Assembly (NCBI GenBank): GCA_964544635.1
Contig: CAZJCK010000002.1
Location: 29,388-93,387 of the forward strand
Reading direction: 5' to 3'
Length of the DNA: 64,000 nt
From: an uncultured Ignavibacteriales bacterium
GTDB lineage: Bacteria; Zixibacteria; MSB-5A5; GN15; FEB-12
Both the position numbers and the translations under genes were made by a program. The notes under the pieces are model-generated. The model ran no database searches. It was not told where the DNA came from and saw only the letters and a list, made by a program, of their open reading frames with translations. Below, one piece after another: positions 35,788 through 43,776 of the stretch. Every line of letters begins with the position of its first letter. Position 1 is the first letter of the stretch.

Positions 35788-37535
35788 AACGTGAGCATGG
35801 CGCGCTGCACGGCATCGGTGATTTGGCGAATGACTCGCACCGTATCGTCGCGACTGGTGCCAACTTCGATGATGACCGAGCGGTCGCCCCGCTGACCCTT
35901 GCGGTACAGTTCGACAAACTCGTCGGCTGTACCGGGTCGGGCATAAGCGATGTTGAACTGCTTTGCGACCGCTTCGAAGTTCATTCCGTGCGGCGTGGCA
36001 AAGTACGGCTCGAACACGTCAGTGCACTCAGCCACCGGCAGCATCGAGAAGATGCCGCCACCGTCATTGTTGAGTATGACCATGACAACCGGCGCCGGTG
36101 AGCGTCGCACCAGGTCAAGAGAATTCAGGTCGTGCAGGCAGGCGAGGTCACCGATGAGGAGGGTGGTGACTCGTTTCAGACCGTTGGCGAAGCCGACCGC
36201 CGACGCAATCGTACCGTCGATCCCGCTGGCGCCGCGGTTCGATGCAACCGGCACCGCAGGTCCGTCGACGGCCGCAAACATGTCCATCTCACGAACCGGC
36301 AGGCTCGAGGCCAGCCACAGCGCGCCATCACCCACAATATGGCGGCTGATCAAACGCGCTACCTGCGGTTCAATGAGTGTACGGTCGGACTTCAGCACCT
36401 TGTCGATCTCGTTGTCAATTGTCAGCACCGAGACATCGGCAAACTGCACCCGGTCCGGCAGACCGTCGGGCGGCTCGGGTATGATCCGTCGCAGGTTGTC
36501 GCAGAAATTGGCGATGTCGGTCTGAAACCGGGTGGTCACCTGGTGGTTGGGATCATACTCGCGGCAGTACGGTGTCACCTGCAGGCAGGTATCGGGGGGA
36601 TGATGTTCGAGCCATTGCAGGAGTCGCTTTGACGTCACATTACCGCCCACATGCAGCACCGCTTCGGGAGCAGCAAGACGCGGATTGGCGGCGAGCGCCA
36701 GGTCATAGTATGGCGCGGTGACGTCGTCGCCGCCACCAAGGCGCAGGTGACTGCGAATATCGGGTAAGAGCGGCCAGCCGAGCCGAGCCGCCAGTTTCTT
36801 TACGGGGGTTGCGTCACCGGCTGTCATGCGGCCGGCGATGATGACGCCATGCTCGACCATCGGCAGGAAATCGGCCAGCTCGTCGATCGTCCCCGGCGAC
36901 AGTTGCGGCCGGTTGATCGGCAGTTGCTTGTACGGTATGTCTTCTTCGAGCCAGTCCCGCAGGGGCGCGCCGTACAACGCAAAGTCGACGTCGTCACCCA
37001 GCGGCGCGAGCGGCTCGCGAAAGGGGCAGTTGAGATGGACCGGGCCGGCTACAGACTTATGCACCATTTCATCGATTCGCGACAGCAGCCAGGATGGCGA
37101 CAGATCTTCCGACGGGCAGGGCAGGTCGCTGTCGGCAACAACATGCGAACCATAGAGCCCGGCCTGGTCGATCGTTTGATTGGCGCCGCGATGGCGCAGT
37201 TCCGGGGGGCGGTCGGCGGTCAGAATGATCAACGGCACCTCATCCTGGTATGCTTCGATCACCGCCGGATAGTAGTGCGCCCCGGCGGTGCCGGATGTGC
37301 ATATCAGCGCCACGGCGCTTCGTTTCCCTCGCGCCAGTCCAAGCGCATAGAATGCAGCGCCGCGTTCGTCGAAATGCATCAAGGCACGAGCTTTTTCGTG
37401 GCGGGCGACGGCGATTGTCAGGGGCGTACTTCGCGAACCGGGTGAAATGACAAAATCGACGATACCGAGGCGCGCCAGTTCCTCGATCATGAGGTTGGCC
37501 CAGAGCGCATTGAGTGACGGTGCGGTTGTTTTCAT
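35784..37535 (-). CDS. menD: SEPHCHC synthase MenD (ThDP-dependent)
   Basis: ATG at 37535 (MKTTAPSLNALWANLMIEEL...SPGSRSTPL) overlaps the menF stop (ATGA). The ThDP-binding region is GDLACLHDLNSL...NNDGGGIF. Confidence 0.88.
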   Translation of the reverse strand: MKTTAPSLNALWANLMIEELARLGIVDFVISPGSRSTPLTIAVARHEKARALMHFDERGAAFYALGLARGKRSAVALICTSGTAGAHYYPAVIEAYQDEVPLIILTADRPPELRHRGANQTIDQAGLYGSHVVADSDLPCPSEDLSPSWLLSRIDEMVHKSVAGPVHLNCPFREPLAPLGDDVDFALYGAPLRDWLEEDIPYKQLPINRPQLSPGTIDELADFLPMVEHGVIIAGRMTAGDATPVKKLAARLGWPLLPDIRSHLRLGGGDDVTAPYYDLALAANPRLAAPEAVLHVGGNVTSKRLLQWLEHHPPDTCLQVTPYCREYDPNHQVTTRFQTDIANFCDNLRRIIPEPPDGLPDRVQFADVSVLTIDNEIDKVLKSDRTLIEPQVARLISRHIVGDGALWLASSLPVREMDMFAAVDGPAVPVASNRGASGIDGTIASAVGFANGLKRVTTLLIGDLACLHDLNSLDLVRRSPAPVVMVILNNDGGGIFSMLPVAECTDVFEPYFATPHGMNFEAVAKQFNIAYARPGTADEFVELYRKGQRGDRSVIIEVGTSRDDTVRVIRQITDAVQRAMLTL

Positions 37536-38905
37536 ACTCCGAGGATCGACAGGATGGTGTTGAGTTTGGCGTCGATCTCTTCCCATTCGTCGGCAGCCGT
37601 GGAACCGTCGACAATCCCCGCGCCGGCATACAACTCCACGCGGTCGCCGATAACACGGGCCGAACGTATACCGACGGCGAACCGGGAGGCGCGGCCGTTG
37701 ATCCACCCCACCGGGCCGGCATACCAGCCGCGTTCGAACGGTTCGAGATTGGCAATCCGGGTGCGGGCGGCTTCTCTGGGTTGACCGCACACGGCCGGCG
37801 TCGGGTGCAGCGAGCGCAACAGGTCGGCATCGGTCACTGTTTCCTGCAGTTCACCCGACAACCGTGTAACCAGGTGCTGAACCCGCCGGAGCCTGAGCAG
37901 TTCGCGGTCACCGCGCACGGTGACGCTGGCGCAGAGGGAATGCAGGCTGTCACTGATGAATGTCGTCACTGCCGCCTGCTCGCGACGGTCCTTGTCGCTG
38001 GCGAGGAGTTCGCGGCCGAGCGCAGCATCGTTGGCGTCGCCGTCGCCACGGCGCCGGGTGCCGGCGATTGCTTCGGTGGTCACCTGCCGGCCGTCGCGCG
38101 CAAACAACTGCTCGGGCGTGGCGCCGAGAAACGCCTGCTCGCGACCGGGCTGGAAGTAGAACAGGTAACACGAATCCGACTGCTTGGCCAGCCGCGACAA
38201 CACCGCCGGCGGGTCGACCAGACCATTGAACGTCAACAACGACTGCCTTGCCAGCGCGATCTTACCGATCTCGCCACGTTCGATGGAAGCCAGCGCCTGT
38301 TCAATTACCCGACGCCACTCTACCGGCTCCGGGCTGTCGATACGTCGGATAACCGACGGCAGCCGCGACGGTGAGGCCGGGAGGTCGTCGACCAACCGCT
38401 CAATCTCGGCAACAATTGCCTCGCGACGGTTGTCGTCAAGTTCCGGGATGATGTTGCAAACCAGTTCGAACCGGTCGCCCTCGCGGTGCAATTCGAGGCG
38501 CGGCAGCATGAATGCCACGGCGCTGAAGTGTGACCATTCCGGTTCGCGATTCCAGCGATTGAACTGCAGACCGCCGAAGTAGCGGCTGCCGGCTGAATGC
38601 AGCGTCCGGCGACTCACCTGCTCGAGCAACTGGTCCAGGTCGAATGACGCCGTGGCCGTGAGTGTTTCGGCGCTGCCGATGCCGGCGGTTTCGGTTTCGC
38701 CGGTGCGGTCCCGCCAGTAGATACGTCGCGAGGTCGCCTGCGCCGCCAGCCAGGCGATGGCATCGCTCGCCGGCAGGGGTACGGTCAGCCGTCTGATGGT
38801 CGCGGGGTCGGCATCGGTTTGCTGGACACTCCGGTACACCTGGTCGATCAACGCCGCCCGGGCGTCGGCCATTACTGTCACTGCATTGTTATCAGACTGT
38901 GCCAT
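37532..38905 (-). CDS. menF: Isochorismate synthase MenF
   Basis: Chorismate-binding C-terminal motifs (LHPTPAVCGQPRE...ERGWYAGPVGW...AGAGIV). Confidence 0.85.
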   Translation of the reverse strand: MAQSDNNAVTVMADARAALIDQVYRSVQQTDADPATIRRLTVPLPASDAIAWLAAQATSRRIYWRDRTGETETAGIGSAETLTATASFDLDQLLEQVSRRTLHSAGSRYFGGLQFNRWNREPEWSHFSAVAFMLPRLELHREGDRFELVCNIIPELDDNRREAIVAEIERLVDDLPASPSRLPSVIRRIDSPEPVEWRRVIEQALASIERGEIGKIALARQSLLTFNGLVDPPAVLSRLAKQSDSCYLFYFQPGREQAFLGATPEQLFARDGRQVTTEAIAGTRRRGDGDANDAALGRELLASDKDRREQAAVTTFISDSLHSLCASVTVRGDRELLRLRRVQHLVTRLSGELQETVTDADLLRSLHPTPAVCGQPREAARTRIANLEPFERGWYAGPVGWINGRASRFAVGIRSARVIGDRVELYAGAGIVDGSTAADEWEEIDAKLNTILSILGV

Positions 38906-38917
38906 GCTGTCGTGCTG

Positions 38918-39703
38918 TCAATCCTCTTTGCGATCGCCGCTGTACAGGGTGGCGATACCGAAGGTAAGCGGATAGGCGCGGGTATCCTGGAACCCGGCGT
39001 TGCGCATCAGGTGCAGGAACTCTTCGCCATACGGAAACGTCTCAACCGTCTTGTTGAGGTACTGATAAGCATAGCTGTCACCCGAGACGGCGCCGCCCAG
39101 GCGCGGCAGGACATGCCGGAAGTACCACAGGTAGATGCGACGAATCAACCGGTTGGACGGTAACGAAAACTCCAGGATCAGCGCCCGTCCACCCGGTTTC
39201 AACAGGCGATACATCTCGCTCAGTCCGGTCGGTACACTGACCAGGTTGCGGATACCGAAGGCAATGCTGACGGCGTCGAAAGTACGATCATGAAACGGCG
39301 TCAGGGTTGCGTCGGCGCGTACCAGGCGCAAGCGGTCGTCCACTCCTTGCTCGGCAATCTTCTGGCGACCGATTTCGAGCATCTTGCCGGCCATGTCGAT
39401 ACCCAGTCCATGGGCCACCCGGCCCGACTTGCGGTCCATGGTCAGGAGAACGTCGGCGGTGCCGGTCGCCAGGTCGAGCACGGTCAGGTTGTCGCGCTCG
39501 GGCAAATGTCTGGCCAGACGGTTGCGCCAGGCAATGTCGAAGCCGAGCGACAGGGTGCGGTTCAGCAGATCGTACCGGTGCGAGATCCGGTCGAACATCT
39601 GCCAGACCTGCTGGCGGGAAGGTTCGTCGGACCGGTTGGTCCGGGCCGGCTGAGGTGTCAAATCAATATCCTGCATCGTGTTCAGCGGGCCGGTCGGTTT
39701 CAT
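38918..39703 (-). CDS. menG: Demethylmenaquinone methyltransferase (UbiE/MenG)
   Basis: FDRISHRYDLLNRTLSLGFDIAWR...VLDLATGTADV...LKPGGRALILEFS. ATG at 39703 (alternative 39676). Confidence 0.85.
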   Translation of the reverse strand: MKPTGPLNTMQDIDLTPQPARTNRSDEPSRQQVWQMFDRISHRYDLLNRTLSLGFDIAWRNRLARHLPERDNLTVLDLATGTADVLLTMDRKSGRVAHGLGIDMAGKMLEIGRQKIAEQGVDDRLRLVRADATLTPFHDRTFDAVSIAFGIRNLVSVPTGLSEMYRLLKPGGRALILEFSLPSNRLIRRIYLWYFRHVLPRLGGAVSGDSYAYQYLNKTVETFPYGEEFLHLMRNAGFQDTRAYPLTFGIATLYSGDRKED

Positions 39704-39849
39704 GATGAGTCCGGCCCCGGCCCTCAAATATACGCGGCAATACTGGTTTAACAAGAGGATCAATTGGATGTGCCAGTCAAATCGTTGCCTGCCGGCGTGG
39801 CATTGCATACCTTGAAGCAGTTACCGACGAACAATACGAGGATCTCCAC

Positions 39850-40800
39850 ATGAATTATCGCAGGGTTGGCAGCAGCGGCCTGAAAATTTCAGAAATTTCA
39901 CTCGGCGCCTGGCTGACATACGGCGGCTCGGTCGACGACAAGCGGACGGCCGGTATCGTCAAGGCGGCTGTCGATGCCGGGATCAACTTCATTGACCTGG
40001 CCGACATCTACACCAAGGGGGAGGCGGAAAAGACTGTCGGCAAAGCAATTACCGGCATGACCCGGTCCGACCTGGTCATTTCCAGCAAACTATTCTGGCC
40101 GATGAGCGACAATGTGAACGATCGCGGTCTGTCGCGTAAGCACATTATGGAGTCGATCGACAAGAGCCTCCAGCGCCTCGGAACCGATTATCTCGACCTG
40201 TATTTCTGCCATCGCTTCGATGAGGCGACGCCGGTCGAGGAGACAGTGCGGGCGATGGACGACCTGGTGCGGCAGGGGAAAATCCTGTACTGGGGGACGT
40301 CGGTGTGGAGCGCCGCCCAGATCGAGCGGGCCGTCGGCATTGCCGACCGTTGCAACTGCTACCGCCCGGTGGTCGAGCAGCCGCGCTACAACATGATCCA
40401 CCGCGACATCGAACCGGAAGTCATGCCGACGTGCGAGCGATATGGCATGGGCCTGGTGGTATGGTCGCCGCTGGCGCAGGGACTGCTGACGGGGAAGTAC
40501 AACGACGGCATCCCCAAAGACAGTCGCGGCGGCAACACCAGCTGGCTGGAGCATGATTTGAACGAACAAAACCTGGCGCCAGTTAAACAACTGGCCAATG
40601 TGGCGAACGATTTGGGCATTACCATCGCGCAACTGGCTCTCGCCTGGGTATTGAGGCGACGCGAGGTCAGTTGCGCCATTATCGGCGCGACCTCGCCGGA
40701 CCAGGTGACGGAAAACGTGAAGGCCTCTGAAGTACGCCTCGAACCGTCCGCGATCGAACGGATCGAGCAGATCCTGGGGAATGACCCGACCGCCAACTGA
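39850..40800 (+). CDS. Aldo/keto reductase (Kv-beta-like subgroup)
   Basis: MNYRRVGSSGLKISEISLGAW...IDLADIYTKGEAE...DLYFCHRFD... Confidence 0.85.
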   Translation: MNYRRVGSSGLKISEISLGAWLTYGGSVDDKRTAGIVKAAVDAGINFIDLADIYTKGEAEKTVGKAITGMTRSDLVISSKLFWPMSDNVNDRGLSRKHIMESIDKSLQRLGTDYLDLYFCHRFDEATPVEETVRAMDDLVRQGKILYWGTSVWSAAQIERAVGIADRCNCYRPVVEQPRYNMIHRDIEPEVMPTCERYGMGLVVWSPLAQGLLTGKYNDGIPKDSRGGNTSWLEHDLNEQNLAPVKQLANVANDLGITIAQLALAWVLRRREVSCAIIGATSPDQVTENVKASEVRLEPSAIERIEQILGNDPTAN

Positions 40801-40826
40801 GAGATAACACAGCCGCAGGAGCTTAC

Positions 40827-41330
40827 ATGTTCAGGTCAATTGCAGAGTTTGAGCAGTACTGGATCAAGGAGCGTGATGTCACCATGGCGCTGATGGCGGC
40901 ATTGACCGACGAAAGCCTCGCCACCGAGGTGGCGCCGGGGCACCGAACGCTTGGTCGTCTGGCCTGGCATCTCGCTAAAACTGTTCCGGAAATCATGAAC
41001 GAGACCGGCCTGACCCTCAAGTCGGTCGATCCGAAGGCAGAGGCGCCGATGTCGGCCGATGCCATCCTTGAAGCATACGCCAAAGTGAGCGAGGAACTGC
41101 TTGCCCGACTTGACAGCGAATGGACCGATGACGACCTCCTGGTCGAGGACAACATGTTCGGGGAGATGTGGCAGCGTGGTTTCTCCCTCTATGCCCTCAT
41201 CCTGCACCAGGTGCACCATCGCGGCCAGATGACGGTACTGATGCGCCAGGCCGGATTGGTGGTGCCGGACGTATACGGTCCGGCCAAGGAGGGCTGGGAG
41301 AAGTTCGGCATGAAACCGCCGGAGCTGTGA
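40827..41330 (+). CDS. DinB-family protein
   Basis: Four-helix DinB pattern with a His triad context (LAWHLA...HQVHHRGQMTVLMRQAG). Confidence 0.75.
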   Translation: MFRSIAEFEQYWIKERDVTMALMAALTDESLATEVAPGHRTLGRLAWHLAKTVPEIMNETGLTLKSVDPKAEAPMSADAILEAYAKVSEELLARLDSEWTDDDLLVEDNMFGEMWQRGFSLYALILHQVHHRGQMTVLMRQAGLVVPDVYGPAKEGWEKFGMKPPEL

Positions 41331-41344
41331 TGACTGTCAGGATA

Positions 41345-41371
41345 AGAAAACGGCCCCAACTTTTGGGGCCG
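41345..41371 (-). terminator. Hairpin terminator at the end of the signalling operon (also 3' of dinB)
   Basis: CGGCCCCAA-ctt-TTGGGGCCG. On the minus strand it is followed by TTTTCTTATCC. Confidence 0.65.
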
Positions 41372-41399
41372 CCGGCATATTCGCAATTCTACACGATCG

Positions 41400-41918
41400 T
41401 TAGACGAATGTCTTGACGATCTCCTTGTGCAAGCCCTGTAACTCGCCGTAGGCGTGATTGATCTGCGCGATCTTCTGCTGCAAATTGCGCATCAGCTTTT
41501 GGCGCTCGATGCCGTTGCGCAGGATGATCAGGAGATCGTCGTTGTCCCAGGGTTTTTCGATATACTGGTACAGCCCCACCTCATTGATCGCCTTGATGGC
41601 ATTTTCCTTGTCGGCATAACCGGTCAAAATGATGCGCGGGATCTCAGGTTTGATATCGCGCACTTTGCCGAGGAACGTGATACCGTCCATTTCCGGCATG
41701 AGGTAGTCTGACACAACCACCGACACGTAGTTGTCTTCAACAAACGCCAGGGCTTCTTTAGCCGACTTGAAGGTTTCCACGGCATAGTCGGTTTCGAGGT
41801 TCAGAAAGGAACTGAGCGAGGTAAGCACCATCTCCTCGTCGTCGACCAGTATGATCGTTTCCTTGTCAGCCTCGGGCTGGGGCGCCTGGCTTTTCTGTTT
41901 ATCGCCGTCGTCGGCCAT
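41400..41918 (-). CDS. Stand-alone response regulator (REC domain plus short coiled-coil tail)
   Basis: ILVDDEEMVL...VVVSDYLMPEMDG...RIILTGYADKENAIKAINEVGLYQYIEKPWDNDDL. Confidence 0.88.
   Translation of the reverse strand: MADDGDKQKSQAPQPEADKETIILVDDEEMVLTSLSSFLNLETDYAVETFKSAKEALAFVEDNYVSVVVSDYLMPEMDGITFLGKVRDIKPEIPRIILTGYADKENAIKAINEVGLYQYIEKPWDNDDLLIILRNGIERQKLMRNLQQKIAQINHAYGELQGLHKEIVKTFV
41584..41618. repeat. 35-nt exact direct repeat, copy A (inside the REC-only gene)
   Basis: ttgatcgccttgatggcattttccttgtcggcata is identical to 42838-42872. A further shared 20-mer ttttcgatatactggtacag lies just upstream in both copies. Confidence 0.9.
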
Positions 41919-41921
41919 TCC

Positions 41922-43157
41922 CTACTCCTCGTTTGTCTGTATAGCCATGCCCAGTATGGTCATGTCGTCTTTATACGCACCGTTTTCGGCATAATCGTTC
42001 GCGGCCCGGGTTAGCAGTGTCACGATTTCACGGACCGATTTACCGGAGCACTGCTGCAGCAGATCGACCAGGCCGTCATCGATGAACAGTCGACCATCAG
42101 CATTGGTCGCCTCGGTCAAACCGTCGGTATACAATAACATGCATTCGCCCGGATGCAAGTCGATAGTGTGTTCATCACCCGAGCGGAACTGGTTATCATC
42201 CACCACGCCCAAAAGCAACCCCTCGGCGGGGATGCGGGCAGCGCTGTCGTCTTTCCGGATTAGATACGGATGCGGCAGCCCGCCGTTCGATATTCTTGCC
42301 TGCCGGGCGTCGGTATCGACAACCGCCACCACCCCGGCAATAAATATATCGCTGGGCAGGCCGGTGTAGAGGACCTTGTTCATGCCCCGTAGAATTTCGG
42401 CCGGCCCGGCTGTGCTGCCGGCGAAGGCGCTGAAGGCGAACTTGAGCAGGGCAGTCGACAGCGATGCCTGCACACCGTGGCCGGTGGCGTCGGCGACCAG
42501 CACCCCGAACCGTCCGTCGGCCAGCTTGATGACATCATAGAAATCACCACCCACATCCATGGCCGGCTGGTAGGTAGCGACCAGGTCGAGGTTGGGGATA
42601 TCGGCATCTCCGCCGGGCAACAAGCGCTGCTGCAGCTCTCTGGCCATTGTCAGTTCGCGGCGCAGCTCGTGACCGTCCCGAACCAGCCGTTCCCGATCGG
42701 CCAGCACCCGATCGAGCTCTTTGATCTTCTGGTTGAGCGAGGTGCGCAGGCCGCTGTCGGACAGGGCGTTGCGGATGACCAGCTTGAGGTGGTCGTTGTC
42801 CCATGGCTTTTCGATATACTGGTACAGGCCGACCTGGTTGATCGCCTTGATGGCATTTTCCTTGTCGGCATAGCCCGTCAGGATAATCCGCGGCACCTCG
42901 GGATACAACTCGCGAGCCTTGGTCAAAAACTCGAGGCCGTCCATTTCCGGCATGAGAAAATCGGACACGATGACATCGACCGGCTGCGCCTGAAGATAGC
43001 CGAGGGCTTCGGCCGGAGACTGGTAGCTTACCGGCTGGTAATCGGTTTCGATCTCGAGCATCGATGACAGTGAGACGGTTACCATCTCCTCGTCATCGAC
43101 AATCATCACCCGTGGTGTGTGAGCGGCCAACGGTTGCGATTCCAGAGGTGCTGTCAT
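41922..43157 (-). CDS. Response regulator fused to PP2C-type (SpoIIE/RsbU-like) serine phosphatase
   Basis: REC domain (MIVDDEEMVT...VIVSDFLMPEMDG), then a coiled coil, then PP2C motifs (ARELQQRLLP...VGGDFYDV...VLVADATGHGVQASL...LLYTDGLTEA). ATG at 43157 has an AGGA SD; the track start is 43211. Confidence 0.85.
   Translation of the reverse strand: MTAPLESQPLAAHTPRVMIVDDEEMVTVSLSSMLEIETDYQPVSYQSPAEALGYLQAQPVDVIVSDFLMPEMDGLEFLTKARELYPEVPRIILTGYADKENAIKAINQVGLYQYIEKPWDNDHLKLVIRNALSDSGLRTSLNQKIKELDRVLADRERLVRDGHELRRELTMARELQQRLLPGGDADIPNLDLVATYQPAMDVGGDFYDVIKLADGRFGVLVADATGHGVQASLSTALLKFAFSAFAGSTAGPAEILRGMNKVLYTGLPSDIFIAGVVAVVDTDARQARISNGGLPHPYLIRKDDSAARIPAEGLLLGVVDDNQFRSGDEHTIDLHPGECMLLYTDGLTEATNADGRLFIDDGLVDLLQQCSGKSVREIVTLLTRAANDYAENGAYKDDMTILGMAIQTNEE
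42838..42872. repeat. 35-nt exact direct repeat, copy B (inside the REC-PP2C gene)
   Basis: See copy A. Both copies encode YADKENAIKAIN of paralogous REC domains. Confidence 0.9.
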
Positions 43158-43268
43158 AGTTGCGTTATCCTGACACTTTTCATACTGCCGATGGCTCGGC
43201 CCGAGTGACATTTCGCTATTAGAATCGTCGTTCGCGCCGTGCCAACATTACAACCCTGCTCCATATAG

Positions 43269-43703
43269 TCAGTTCCCACCGGCGCCGACCCGTCGCGCCA
43301 GGCCGCGCAATCGCCGGACTACCGTCTTGAGCACCGCCTCGGTGATCTGCACATGATCGGCCAGCAGGTCGATGAAGTCGTCACGGTCAATGCACAGGAG
43401 ACGGCTGTCTTCGGTGACGACGGCATCTACCACCCGCGGCTCGTCGTCGAACAACGCCCAGGTGCCGAACGCCTCGTGTTCCCGGGCCGTGGTAATCTCT
43501 TCATCCTGCTGGGTCAGCCGGACATTACCGTGAACGACCAGGTACAGGGCATCCGAGCGGTCTCCCTCGCGAAAAATCGTATCCCCCTTGTCAAAGCGAA
43601 CCTCCTCGGCGATCGCCGCCAGGTACTGGAGCTGTTCGGTCGGGACATCGGAGAAGACGTCGATCTTTTGCAGGATGATGACTTTTTCGACTATCGTGAG
43701 CAT
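43269..43703 (-). CDS. Cyclic-nucleotide-binding domain protein (stand-alone cNMP domain)
   Basis: ATG at 43703 (MLTIVEKVIILQKIDVFSDVP...GDTIFREGDRSDALYLVVHG...FGTWAL...R..DAVV). Confidence 0.8.
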   Translation of the reverse strand: MLTIVEKVIILQKIDVFSDVPTEQLQYLAAIAEEVRFDKGDTIFREGDRSDALYLVVHGNVRLTQQDEEITTAREHEAFGTWALFDDEPRVVDAVVTEDSRLLCIDRDDFIDLLADHVQITEAVLKTVVRRLRGLARRVGAGGN

Positions 43704-43776
43704 GCGGCTGTGTTTCTTCCTTATGATTAGACGTCCAACATAGACATTGTGGCGCGCACAATCAAGCGGCCCCGGC

